Origin: Candidatus Eiseniibacteriota bacterium
GTDB taxonomy: Bacteria > Eisenbacteria > RBG-16-71-46 > CAZEPH01
Assembly: GCA_044229145.1 (NCBI GenBank)
Contig: JBGATO010000002.1
Location: 45,873-109,872, forward strand
Length of the DNA stretch: 64,000 nt
Reading direction: 5' to 3'
Shown here: positions 18,701-26,856 of the stretch, piece by piece
How positions within the stretch are numbered: the first letter of the stretch is position 1
Layout of the letters: every line of letters begins with the position of its first letter
Program-made: the position numbers and the translations under genes
The notes under the pieces: model-generated
What the model was told of the DNA's origin: nothing
What the model saw: the letters and a program-made list of their open reading frames with translations, nothing else
Database searches by the model: none

Positions 18701-18846
18701 GCGATGCGTGCCCTGGTGGACTTGCAGGAAGGCGGCCGCATGGTCGGCGTGATCTCGCACGTCACCGAAATGCTGCAGCAGATCCCAACGCGCCTCGAGG
18801 TCCGCGGCGGCCGCGGCGGCAGCAGCGCGCGGTTCGTCATCGGATG
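15781..18846 (+). pseudogene. sbcC: exonuclease SbcCD ATPase subunit C; reading frame disrupted (pseudogene or sequencing indels)
   Basis: GTG 15781 overlaps the sbcD stop. N-terminal Walker A FLIHGPTGAGKST in frame 1 is intact to ~16850. The zinc hook LVDGEPCAVCGA (~17310) is only in frame 2. HPAPARVDGG...ALEALGRSQAAVARSEEKLAGLL is back in frame 1. QRLEGAAAAAAAALARAEAAL is in frame 0. From ~17870, signature and Walker B/D-loop (TLSGGEGFMAALSLALGLADV...IFVDEGFGSLD) are in frame 2 to the stop at 18846. Total length (~1022 codons) is as expected for SbcC. Confidence 0.7.
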
Positions 18847-20166
18847 AGGAGAATCCCCGTGAAGCGTCTCGCCCTCGCGGCCGCGCTGTCGTGCGTGCCG
18901 CTCGTCTCCCATGCCGCGCTCGCCCCGGCCGAACGTCGCCTCGCGCAGGCAGTCACGAAGCGCGAGCCGGCCGCGCAGGCGTTCCTCCACCGCGTCGTCG
19001 ACATCAACAGCGGCACGATGAACTTCGACGGCGTGCGCGAGGTCGCGAAGGCATTCGCGCCGGAGTTCGAGAAGCTCGGATTCACGACACGCTGGGTCGA
19101 CGGCGCGGGGTGGCATCGCGCCGGACATCTCATCGCCACCCGCGCCGCCGCGAAGCGTGGCGCGCCACAGGTGCTGCTGATCGGCCACCTCGACACCGTC
19201 TTCGAGAAGGACAGCCCGTTCCAACGCATGACGCCGCTCACCGACTCGACCGCTACCGGCCCGGGCCTCAGCGACATGAAGGGCGGCGACGTCGTCGTGC
19301 TCCTCGCGCTCCAGGCGATGCGCGACGCCGGCGTGCTCGACCGCATGACCGTCACCGTCTTCCTCTGCGGCGACGAGGAAAAGCGCGGCGAGCCGGAAGA
19401 CCTCGCGCGCGGCGATCTCCTCGCCGCGGCACGCGACGCCGACATCGCGCTCGGCTTCGAGGACGGCGACGGCGACCCCGGCCACGCGGTCATCGCGCGG
19501 CGCGGGTCGATGGGGTGGACGCTACGCGTGCACGGGACACCGTCGCACTCGTCGCAAATCTTCCGCGCCGACATCGGCATGGGCGCGGTGTACGAGGCCG
19601 CGCGTCTGCTCACCGCGTTTCGCGACTCGCTCGGTGGCGATCCGCTGCTCACCTTCAACGCCGGCCTCATCCTCGGCGGAACGACGGTCACCCACGACCC
19701 GCAGACGAGCAGCGGCACCGCGTTCGGCAAGACCAACGTCGTCCCCGAGAGCACCATCGTGAAGGGCGACCTGCGCGCGATCAGCCCGGAACGCTTCGAT
19801 GAGGCGCGGGCGACGATGACACGGATCGTCGCCGCGTCGTCGCCGCACACCAGCGCCACCATCGTCTTCGGCGACCGCTATCCGCCGCTCGCGCCGACGC
19901 CCGGCAACGATGCGCTGCGCGCGCTCTACAGCGCGGCGAGCCGCGATCTCGGCTACGGGGAGGTCACCGCGATGGATCCGTCACGCGCCGGCGCCGCCGA
20001 CATCTCGTACACGGCGGGTTTGGTCGGAGGCGCCATCGACGGCATCGGCATGCGCGGCGATCAAGAACACACGGTCGGCGAATGGGCGAACCTGCGCTGG
20101 CTGCCGCGCCAAGCGCAACGCTTGGCCGTGACGCTGACACGCTGGGCCGCGGGGCGCGGCCGCTAG
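18844..20166 (+). CDS. M20-family metallopeptidase (carboxypeptidase G2-like), secreted
   Basis: ATG 18844 (alternative GTG 18859). Signal peptide. M20 motifs HLDTV, DMKGG, CGDEE. Confidence 0.85.
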   Translation: MRRIPVKRLALAAALSCVPLVSHAALAPAERRLAQAVTKREPAAQAFLHRVVDINSGTMNFDGVREVAKAFAPEFEKLGFTTRWVDGAGWHRAGHLIATRAAAKRGAPQVLLIGHLDTVFEKDSPFQRMTPLTDSTATGPGLSDMKGGDVVVLLALQAMRDAGVLDRMTVTVFLCGDEEKRGEPEDLARGDLLAAARDADIALGFEDGDGDPGHAVIARRGSMGWTLRVHGTPSHSSQIFRADIGMGAVYEAARLLTAFRDSLGGDPLLTFNAGLILGGTTVTHDPQTSSGTAFGKTNVVPESTIVKGDLRAISPERFDEARATMTRIVAASSPHTSATIVFGDRYPPLAPTPGNDALRALYSAASRDLGYGEVTAMDPSRAGAADISYTAGLVGGAIDGIGMRGDQEHTVGEWANLRWLPRQAQRLAVTLTRWAAGRGR

Positions 20167-20877
20167 CTAGCGCGCGACCGGCACCTGCGGTCCGCGCCGC
20201 AACACATCGTCGCGCAAAGCCAGCAATGCGTCGTGGACGTCGCCCGGCATCGGCCCGGCGTGGCCTGCGCCATCGGTGCGCGTGACGGTGAGCTGGCTGC
20301 CGGTGTCGACGAGACGCCGCGTGCCGTCCACCCGCGCCAAACTCTGCGTGCGACCGTCCAACGCGCTGAGAGCCGTCTCGTCCGCCGCCGCGCGGATCGA
20401 CGCCGTGCCGCTCGTCACGTCCACCGCCGTCACCGGCGTGTCGACGTGAAAGCGCGAGCCGCTGAAGCCCGGCCCGCACGCGATCCGCAGCTCGCCCGCG
20501 CTCAACACCGTGCCGCACGCGCGGCCGACCCACTTGCCCGGCCCACGCGGCAAGTCGAACGACGTGCCCGACGTCGCCTCCACCACCGCGCTGCCGTCCG
20601 GCAGCGACATCCGCAACAGGCCGCCGTCGAGCACGGTGAGCGTGTCGCCCTCGTGCGCCGCCGATGGCGCGGCGAGCAGCGCCGAATCCGCCACGGCGTG
20701 GCCATTGACCGCGACGTGCGATGCCGCCTCGATGCGCCACCCCGGGCCGCCATTCGACGTCGTCACGAAGAGCAGGAACATCACCGCCAGCCCGAGCCCG
20801 GCCGCGGCGAACCAAAACGCGCGCTTGCCGATCTCCTCGGGTGTCGGGGTGGGAGAGGTGGTCGAGTCGTCAGACAT
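20167..20877 (-). CDS. FecR-domain-like membrane protein (putative anti-sigma/sensor type)
   Basis: Start MSDDSTTSPTPTPEEIGKRAFWFAAAGLGLAVMFLLFV (cat 20875-20877). One TM helix followed by a beta-rich FecR-like domain. Confidence 0.5.
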   Translation of the reverse strand: MSDDSTTSPTPTPEEIGKRAFWFAAAGLGLAVMFLLFVTTSNGGPGWRIEAASHVAVNGHAVADSALLAAPSAAHEGDTLTVLDGGLLRMSLPDGSAVVEATSGTSFDLPRGPGKWVGRACGTVLSAGELRIACGPGFSGSRFHVDTPVTAVDVTSGTASIRAAADETALSALDGRTQSLARVDGTRRLVDTGSQLTVTRTDGAGHAGPMPGDVHDALLALRDDVLRRGPQVPVAR

Positions 20878-21009
20878 GCGGCGGAGTGTAGGGGGCGCGA
20901 TGGCGCGGGGCAAGGCAACCGGACGGGACCTACGCCACCGGCCCCGCCACCGTCCTCCCGCCATACACCGCCCGCGCGGGGCGATGGGGCGTCGTGGATG
21001 CCGGGGGTG

Positions 21010-21435
21010 CTAGTGCAGCGGATGCGCCTCCAACGCGTCGATCGCCTTGTCGAATTGTTCGGGCCGCACGTAGATCAAGTACCCGTAGTGGCCGTTGCCG
21101 TCGGCGCAGCCGGAGGTCGCGTAGACGTTCACGCCGACGTGCGCGAGACGCTCGTGGACTTTGGCGAGCGCGCCGAGTTCGTCGTCGCCCTGGACCAGGA
21201 TCGCGCCGTGCGGGCCGAGCAGCGTGAAGCGCGCGCGTTCGGCGGCGCGGGTCAGCGTGTGCGGGTCGTCGGGGAAGAGGGTGAGCTGCGTGGTGTCCGG
21301 GCCCACCGGCACCGAGCTCACCGCCAGCAAGTTCACGCCGAGGGACGCGAGCTGCGAGAGCAGCTTGTAGGATTCGCCGGGCAGGTCTTGCACCGTCGTG
21401 TAGTAGTAGTCGATGCGCCGAATCTTGAACGCCAT
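21010..21435 (-). CDS. hypothetical protein (two ACT-like beta-alpha-beta-beta-alpha-beta units)
   Basis: Start MAFKIRRIDYYYTTVQDL (cat 21433-21435). 141 aa with real-frame composition. ACT-like architecture is inferred only. Confidence 0.45.
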   Translation of the reverse strand: MAFKIRRIDYYYTTVQDLPGESYKLLSQLASLGVNLLAVSSVPVGPDTTQLTLFPDDPHTLTRAAERARFTLLGPHGAILVQGDDELGALAKVHERLAHVGVNVYATSGCADGNGHYGYLIYVRPEQFDKAIDALEAHPLH

Positions 21436-21578
21436 GACCTTGCCTCCCCTGGCTCGCGACCGCAAACGTGCACGCTCCGGCACCGCGCCGGAGCCCGAGA
21501 CGCCGAGAGCATGGCCGACGCGCCCGGGCTCCGCAGTGGTGCTATCGTCGCACATGGACGGCTACGGACGGGCGGGCG

Positions 21579-22472
21579 TTACGACTTTCGCGAGGGCTTC
21601 GGTGGCACGCTCTGGAGGAACATCCACAGCGCCGCGAGTTCGTCGTCGGTCATTTGCCCGAAGTTCGGCCACGGCATGTAGCGGCTCAGCACCTTGCCCT
21701 CCGGCGTTTGGCCGGTGCGCAGCGTGTGGACGAACTGCTCCTGTGTCCAGTGGGCGAGGTTGCCGCCCTCACCGCGTGTCAGGTTGGGCGCCGGCGGCGC
21801 GCCGGGCTCGCCGGTGGAGCCGCCGGCGAGGTCCTTCTGGTGGCAGCCGATGCACGAGTTCGCCAGGTAGCTGCCGTAGGCGGCGGTGACGCCGATCGCC
21901 GGCGCGGGCGGATACGGCGCGGCATGGTCGATCTGATCGGCGGGGATGAAGCCGGACGGCTGCAGGGTGGCCAGGAGCCAGCCCAAGGGCCGCAACGTGC
22001 AGCCGGGGCTCGGCTTGTCGCTGGCCGGCAGGCTGCGGGCGTAGGCAATCAGCGCGCCGACATCGGAGTCGCTCAGGTGCCAGTAGAGGTCGGCGGGCAT
22101 GACGAACAGCGCGCGCCCGCTTGGCGTCACGCCGTGGCGGATGGCGCGATTCCAGTCGGCGGGCGAGAAGTCCTTGGTCAGACCGCCGCGCGTGATGTTC
22201 GGCGCGTGGACGCGGCCCACCGGGCCGGCTTCGAAGATCGTCGTTCCAGCCAAGTCCGCGCCGTGACATCCCTGGCAGTCGAAGATCACGGCCAAGTGCT
22301 TGCCGCGGGCGATCGCGGCGGAGTCGCTCGGCACGGTCACCGAGACAGCGGGCACGACGTGGGTGCGCGTGCGCAAGTACTGCACGCGGACTCCCATCAC
22401 GGCGAACGCGAGGACGACGAGGGCGAGCAGTGCCACGACGGCACGCACCAGCCAACGGACGAAGGTTCGCAT
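21579..22472 (-). CDS. diheme c-type cytochrome, membrane-anchored
   Basis: Start MRTFVRWLVRAVVALLALVVLAF (cat 22470-22472). Two CxxCH motifs (CQGCHG, CIGCHQ). Confidence 0.8.
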   Translation of the reverse strand: MRTFVRWLVRAVVALLALVVLAFAVMGVRVQYLRTRTHVVPAVSVTVPSDSAAIARGKHLAVIFDCQGCHGADLAGTTIFEAGPVGRVHAPNITRGGLTKDFSPADWNRAIRHGVTPSGRALFVMPADLYWHLSDSDVGALIAYARSLPASDKPSPGCTLRPLGWLLATLQPSGFIPADQIDHAAPYPPAPAIGVTAAYGSYLANSCIGCHQKDLAGGSTGEPGAPPAPNLTRGEGGNLAHWTQEQFVHTLRTGQTPEGKVLSRYMPWPNFGQMTDDELAALWMFLQSVPPKPSRKS

Positions 22473-22634
22473 GGGGGCGACCTCCTGTGCTCTTCGGGTC
22501 GACGAGACCCCGGCGGGGCCGACGGTGGGGAGTTCGCCTAAAGTAGCCCATCCGTGCGCTCCCGCAAGTCCCTTTCTCGGCTGAATCCTTCGCGCCCCTG
22601 TGTGTCTCGCACGCCGTGAAAGGGGGATCCACAG

Positions 22635-22844
22635 ATGACGTTCGGACGCAACGAAGGCGCGGTGGACCGTGTGGTGCGCGCGGTGGTGGGAGCAGCGCTG
22701 GTGGGCTCGGCGGTGGTGGGGCCGCATTGGAAGTGGGGCTGGATCGGCGTCATCTTGCTGGTCACCGCCGCGCTCGGCATGTGCCCGCTGTACTCGATCT
22801 TCGGCATCTCGACCTGCCCGGCCAAGCCGGCGCGCAAGGCCTGA
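22635..22844 (+). CDS. DUF2892 (YgaP-like) small inner-membrane protein
   Basis: ATG 22635 with AAGGGGGA RBS. 69 aa ending GMCPLYSIFGISTC, the DUF2892 signature. Confidence 0.7.
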   Translation: MTFGRNEGAVDRVVRAVVGAALVGSAVVGPHWKWGWIGVILLVTAALGMCPLYSIFGISTCPAKPARKA

Positions 22845-22932
22845 CGCCGGACGCGCCTCGCGAGGGCGCGCCATGCAGAACGCCCCGGGCGACGGCATCC
22901 CGCCCGGGGCGTTCGCGTGTGGGGGGCGATGA

Positions 22933-23352
22933 TCAGCGGGCCGGTTGCGCGGTCCGGGCGACCAAGGCGTCGAGGGCGCGGGTGAGGCCGGCGGCCACCT
23001 CGTCGGCGAGCGGCTGCAGGCGCAAGTCGCCCGCCGCGGCGAGCGTCCGGCGCGGGTCGATCGCGGTGACCACGGTCTGTCCGTCGTCGGCTTCGTAGAC
23101 GGTGACGTTGCACGGCATCATGAGCCCGACGTCGAGGGTCGCCGACAGCGCCTTGTAGGCGAACGGCGGATTGCACGCGCCGAGGATGCGGTAGCGGCGG
23201 AAGTCGACGTCGAGTTTCTTCTTGAGCGTCGCCGTCACGTCGATTTCGGTCAGGATGCCGAACCCTTCGGCCTGGAGGGCCTCGGGGACCAGCGTGAGGG
23301 CATCGTCGAAGCTCACCGGGACGGTGCGCTGGATGCCGAAGGATTCACTCAT
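22933..23352 (-). CDS. DUF302-domain protein
   Basis: Start MSESFGIQRTVPVSFDDALTLVPEALQAEGFGILTEIDV (cat 23350-23352). DUF302 fold signature. Confidence 0.75.
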   Translation of the reverse strand: MSESFGIQRTVPVSFDDALTLVPEALQAEGFGILTEIDVTATLKKKLDVDFRRYRILGACNPPFAYKALSATLDVGLMMPCNVTVYEADDGQTVVTAIDPRRTLAAAGDLRLQPLADEVAAGLTRALDALVARTAQPAR

Positions 23353-23658
23353 CGGGTCTCCTCGGATGTCGGGGGTGTTGGATCGGCGTGTCCGCGCGCC
23401 CGGCGCGGTTCAGGCACCGCTCAGGTGCCGACGCCCATCGCCGGCAACAGCCAGCGGCTGATCACCAGCCACGCACCGATGGCCAGCAGGACTTGCAGCA
23501 GATCGTGTGGCATGTGCCCTCCGTGTTCACAGGTGTCCGAACGTGGGAGTCCGGACCCGCGCGCGAAGATTCACGGCGGCCGGCGGGCGGCGGCCGTGCG
23601 GACGGGATGCGGCGCGGGCGGGTTCTCGGCTACACTGCGCGCCTCACCAGGAGATGCC

Positions 23659-24462
23659 ATGTCCGATCTACTCCACTCGATGTCGCTGCGTGGCCGCCAC
23701 GCGCTGGTCTGCGGGGCGAGCGCCGGCATCGGCCGCGCCACCGCGATCGCCCTCGCGAGCCTCGGCTGCCGCGTGACGCCGCTGGCCCGCCGCGCGGATC
23801 GCCTCGATGCGCTGCTGCACGAGCTGCACGCGGCCGGATCGCCTGACTCGACGCGCTTCGTGGTCGCCGACCTCAACGATCGTGTCGCCGCGCGCGTCGC
23901 CGTCGAGGCGCTGCTCGGCGAAGTCGGGCCGGTGCACCTGCTGCTCAACAACAGCGGCGGCCCGGCGGCCGGTCCCGTGCTCGAGGCCGACGAGCGCGCC
24001 TTCCTCGACGCCTTCGGGCGCCACGTGCTGGCGGCGCACATGTTGACGCGGCTCGTGCTGCCCGGCATGCGCGAGGCGGGCTTCGGGCGCATCGTCAACG
24101 TCATCTCGACGTCGGTGCGCGAGCCGATCCCGAACCTCGGCGTCAGCAACACGATTCGCGGCGCGATGGCGTCGTGGGCGAAGAGCGTGTCGCGCGAGTT
24201 GCCGCCCGGCGTCACCATCAACAACATCCTGCCGGGTTACACCGCCACCGAGCGGCTCGGCGAACTCGCGGCGACGCTGTCCGCGAAAACCGGTCGCACC
24301 GAAGCACAAGTCGAACACGATTGGGTGGCGGCGGTGCCGGAGGGCCGGCTCGGCCAGCCGCAGGAGACCGCGGCGGCGATCGCGTTCTTGATGTCGCCGG
24401 CGGCGTCGTACATCCGCGGGGTGAGTCTCGCCGTCGACGGCGGGCGCTTGCAGTCGATCTGA
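23659..24462 (+). CDS. SDR-family oxidoreductase
   Basis: ATG 23659 with AGGAGA RBS. Glycine-rich NAD(P)-binding motif ALVCGASAGIGRA. Confidence 0.85.
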   Translation: MSDLLHSMSLRGRHALVCGASAGIGRATAIALASLGCRVTPLARRADRLDALLHELHAAGSPDSTRFVVADLNDRVAARVAVEALLGEVGPVHLLLNNSGGPAAGPVLEADERAFLDAFGRHVLAAHMLTRLVLPGMREAGFGRIVNVISTSVREPIPNLGVSNTIRGAMASWAKSVSRELPPGVTINNILPGYTATERLGELAATLSAKTGRTEAQVEHDWVAAVPEGRLGQPQETAAAIAFLMSPAASYIRGVSLAVDGGRLQSI

Positions 24463-24475
24463 GGTCGGAGCCGCG

Positions 24476-25693
24476 ATGAAATTCGACGTCTTCTTCTCCA
24501 TCAGTCAAACGCCGGTGCGGGGCGAACTGCCGAGTGAAGCGCAGATGTTCCGCAACTTCTTCCACGAGGTGGAAGCGGCGGATGCGCTCGGGTATGACAC
24601 GGCGTGGATCGCCGAGTCGCATCTCAGTTCCGAGGTGCAGAAGCAGCACGCGAAGCCGGTCATTCCCCACTGGCAGGGCGAGGTCGGACTCAACTGCGAT
24701 TTCCTGCAGCTCGCGTCGCACATCTTCCGCCGCACGCGCCGCATCGAGGCGGGCTCGGCGGTGATGAACATCCTCGTCAATGGCGGGCCGGTGGCGGCCG
24801 CGGAGCGGATTGCCGCGTTCGCGGCGCTACATGGCCTGGACGACGCCGAACGGCGCCGCATCCACGTCGGCTTCAGTCAGGGCCGCTTCGAGTTCATGAA
24901 CCGCGCGTCGGGCATCGTGCCGCGCAGCGCGCTCGAAGAGGCGGCGTGGCCGGCGTTGCGCCAAGCGATCTTCGCCGAGGCGAGCGAGATCTTCGTGCGG
25001 CTGTTGCGCGGCGACACGCTCTGCGGCGACGACATCGCCGCGCCGGTGCTGACCCGCGCGCACTTCAAGACCGACGCCGAATGGGCGCGCGTGCAAGACG
25101 CGGCGAACGCGCCGGCCGCGACATCCATCGCGATGCCGCGCCGCTTCGTGTTCGACGTGTTGCAGATCGTGCCGCGCGCGTGGCGTCGCGAGTTGGTGCA
25201 GCTGGTCGTGGGGTCGCATGATCCCGCGCTCCAGGAAGCGGTCAACGCGTGGGCGCCGGTGCAAGTGTTCAACCTGTCGATTACGCAACCAGCGGTGATC
25301 GAGGAGACGCATCGCCGCATGACGGCGGCCTATCATCGCGACGGCGGGCCGTGGAAGCGCGAATACATGCCGCGCACGGTGATGGTGTTCCTCAACGAAC
25401 AACCGGGACTGTCGCCCGAGCAGCGCCGGGCGCGCGCGCGCGAGGAAGCCGAAGCGGCGCTCGGCGCCTACTGGACCGCGCTCGAAGGCACGCTCGATCC
25501 GGCGAAGACGCAGAATGCCGCCGACAACTCACTGGTCGGCAACGCGGCCGATGTCGCGCAGCAAATTCGCGAACGCTTCCACCCGGACGACCGCCTGATG
25601 CTCTGGTTCGATTTCTTCAATCACGACGCCGCGCGCGTCGTCGCCGACATGGAGGCGTTCATGACGCAGGTCGCGCCGCAGGTGAACGCGTGA
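24476..25693 (+). CDS. LLM-class (luciferase-like) flavin-dependent oxidoreductase
   Basis: ATG 24476. 405 aa TIM-barrel LLM family (MKFDVFFSISQTP...GYDTAWIAESH...). Confidence 0.85.
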   Translation: MKFDVFFSISQTPVRGELPSEAQMFRNFFHEVEAADALGYDTAWIAESHLSSEVQKQHAKPVIPHWQGEVGLNCDFLQLASHIFRRTRRIEAGSAVMNILVNGGPVAAAERIAAFAALHGLDDAERRRIHVGFSQGRFEFMNRASGIVPRSALEEAAWPALRQAIFAEASEIFVRLLRGDTLCGDDIAAPVLTRAHFKTDAEWARVQDAANAPAATSIAMPRRFVFDVLQIVPRAWRRELVQLVVGSHDPALQEAVNAWAPVQVFNLSITQPAVIEETHRRMTAAYHRDGGPWKREYMPRTVMVFLNEQPGLSPEQRRARAREEAEAALGAYWTALEGTLDPAKTQNAADNSLVGNAADVAQQIRERFHPDDRLMLWFDFFNHDAARVVADMEAFMTQVAPQVNA

Positions 25694-26856
25694 GCGCGCC
25701 GCGCACGCCGGGCCTCGCGTTGCGCAGCGCCGTCTATCCGCGTTCGCCGCTCGGCGAACACGATGCGCGCATTCCCACCGGCCGCGATGTCGAGTGGGAG
25801 CCGCTCGTCGACTACCGCCGCCACGGCGTCAGCGAGACCACGATCCACGGCGCCGTCGCGTGGGCGCACGGTGACGAGATGATCCACTCGTTCGGCGGCA
25901 ACGTGTTGTGCTACGGCCGCTCGATGATGAAGCCGCTCACGATGAAGGTGTTCACCGACGTGCTCGGGCCGGTGCTGTCACCGAAACAGCGCGCCATCAG
26001 CGTCGCCTCGCACAACGGCACCGCGGAACACGTCGAAGCCGCGCAGTCGATTCTGCGCGAGGACGAGTGGGGCTTGATGCAGGCGCCGCTCGACGTGCCG
26101 CTGGTGCAGTTCGGCCGTCAAGTGCGCCGCCCGCGCCGCTGGTATCACACGTGCTCCGGCGAACACGCGGCGATTCTGCTCGGCTGCCGCCTGAAGGGCT
26201 GGAGCCGTGCCGGCTACACGCTGCCGCACCATCCGTTCTTTCAGGCGTATCTCGATGTCCTGCGGCGCTACCTCGGCCCCGACTGGTCGCCGCTGCGCGT
26301 GGCGCGCGATGGCTGCGGCCTGCCGACGGTGTCGAACACGGTGAGCGAGCTTGCGTTGCTGTTCGCCGGTGTTGCCGCGCGCCGCGACGAGGACTGGATC
26401 TGGGACGCGATGGTGTCGTTCCCGGACTTGGTCGGCGGCTTCAATCGACTCGACTCGACGATCCTCAAAGCCTGCGGCGGCCGCGTCATCGCGAAGGAAG
26501 GCGCCGACGGCTTGCTCGGTCTCGCGGTCGAACACGAAGACTTCCCGCGCGGCCTCGGCATCGTGATCAAGATCGCGCACGGCTGGGATCCGCGCGCCAC
26601 CTGGTACGTCGCGCGCGCGGTGCTCGGGGTGCTCGGGTTCGAGTTGCGCAATCCGTACCCGCTGCATCGCCAGAAGGCGTTCCTGGTGCCGGGCGTCGTG
26701 CCGGAGTCGCTGCTCGCGCGGCTCGAGCAGATTCCGACCTGGGATGAATGGGATCCCGACCGCGACCGCTGGTATTACGAGTGGGAGCAGTACGACGACG
26801 GCTTCGCGTTGTGGAGTGGCGAAGGCGCATCCGGCGGCGACGGGAGGACGCCATGA
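25690..26856 (+). CDS. asparaginase-II-family (PF06089-like) amidohydrolase
   Basis: GTG 25690 overlaps the LLM stop (GTGA). Motifs SHNGTAEHV and CSGEHAAILLGC match the L-asparaginase II family. Confidence 0.75.
   Translation: MSAPRTPGLALRSAVYPRSPLGEHDARIPTGRDVEWEPLVDYRRHGVSETTIHGAVAWAHGDEMIHSFGGNVLCYGRSMMKPLTMKVFTDVLGPVLSPKQRAISVASHNGTAEHVEAAQSILREDEWGLMQAPLDVPLVQFGRQVRRPRRWYHTCSGEHAAILLGCRLKGWSRAGYTLPHHPFFQAYLDVLRRYLGPDWSPLRVARDGCGLPTVSNTVSELALLFAGVAARRDEDWIWDAMVSFPDLVGGFNRLDSTILKACGGRVIAKEGADGLLGLAVEHEDFPRGLGIVIKIAHGWDPRATWYVARAVLGVLGFELRNPYPLHRQKAFLVPGVVPESLLARLEQIPTWDEWDPDRDRWYYEWEQYDDGFALWSGEGASGGDGRTP

Noticed and set aside
16016-18760. Multiple long minus-strand ORFs (371, 499, 458 aa) opposite sbcC
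   Set aside because: Poly-Arg/Ala/Pro shadow frames of the Ala-rich coiled-coil coding region. No motifs.
20233-21681. 482-aa plus-strand ORF
   Set aside because: Antisense to the FecR-like and ACT-like genes. Arg-rich junk.
23440-23511. 31-codon hydrophobic minus-strand mini-ORF (MPHDLLQVLLAIGAWLVISRWLLPAMGVGT)
   Set aside because: Too short to call without conservation evidence. Mentioned only as a possible small membrane peptide upstream of the DUF302 gene.
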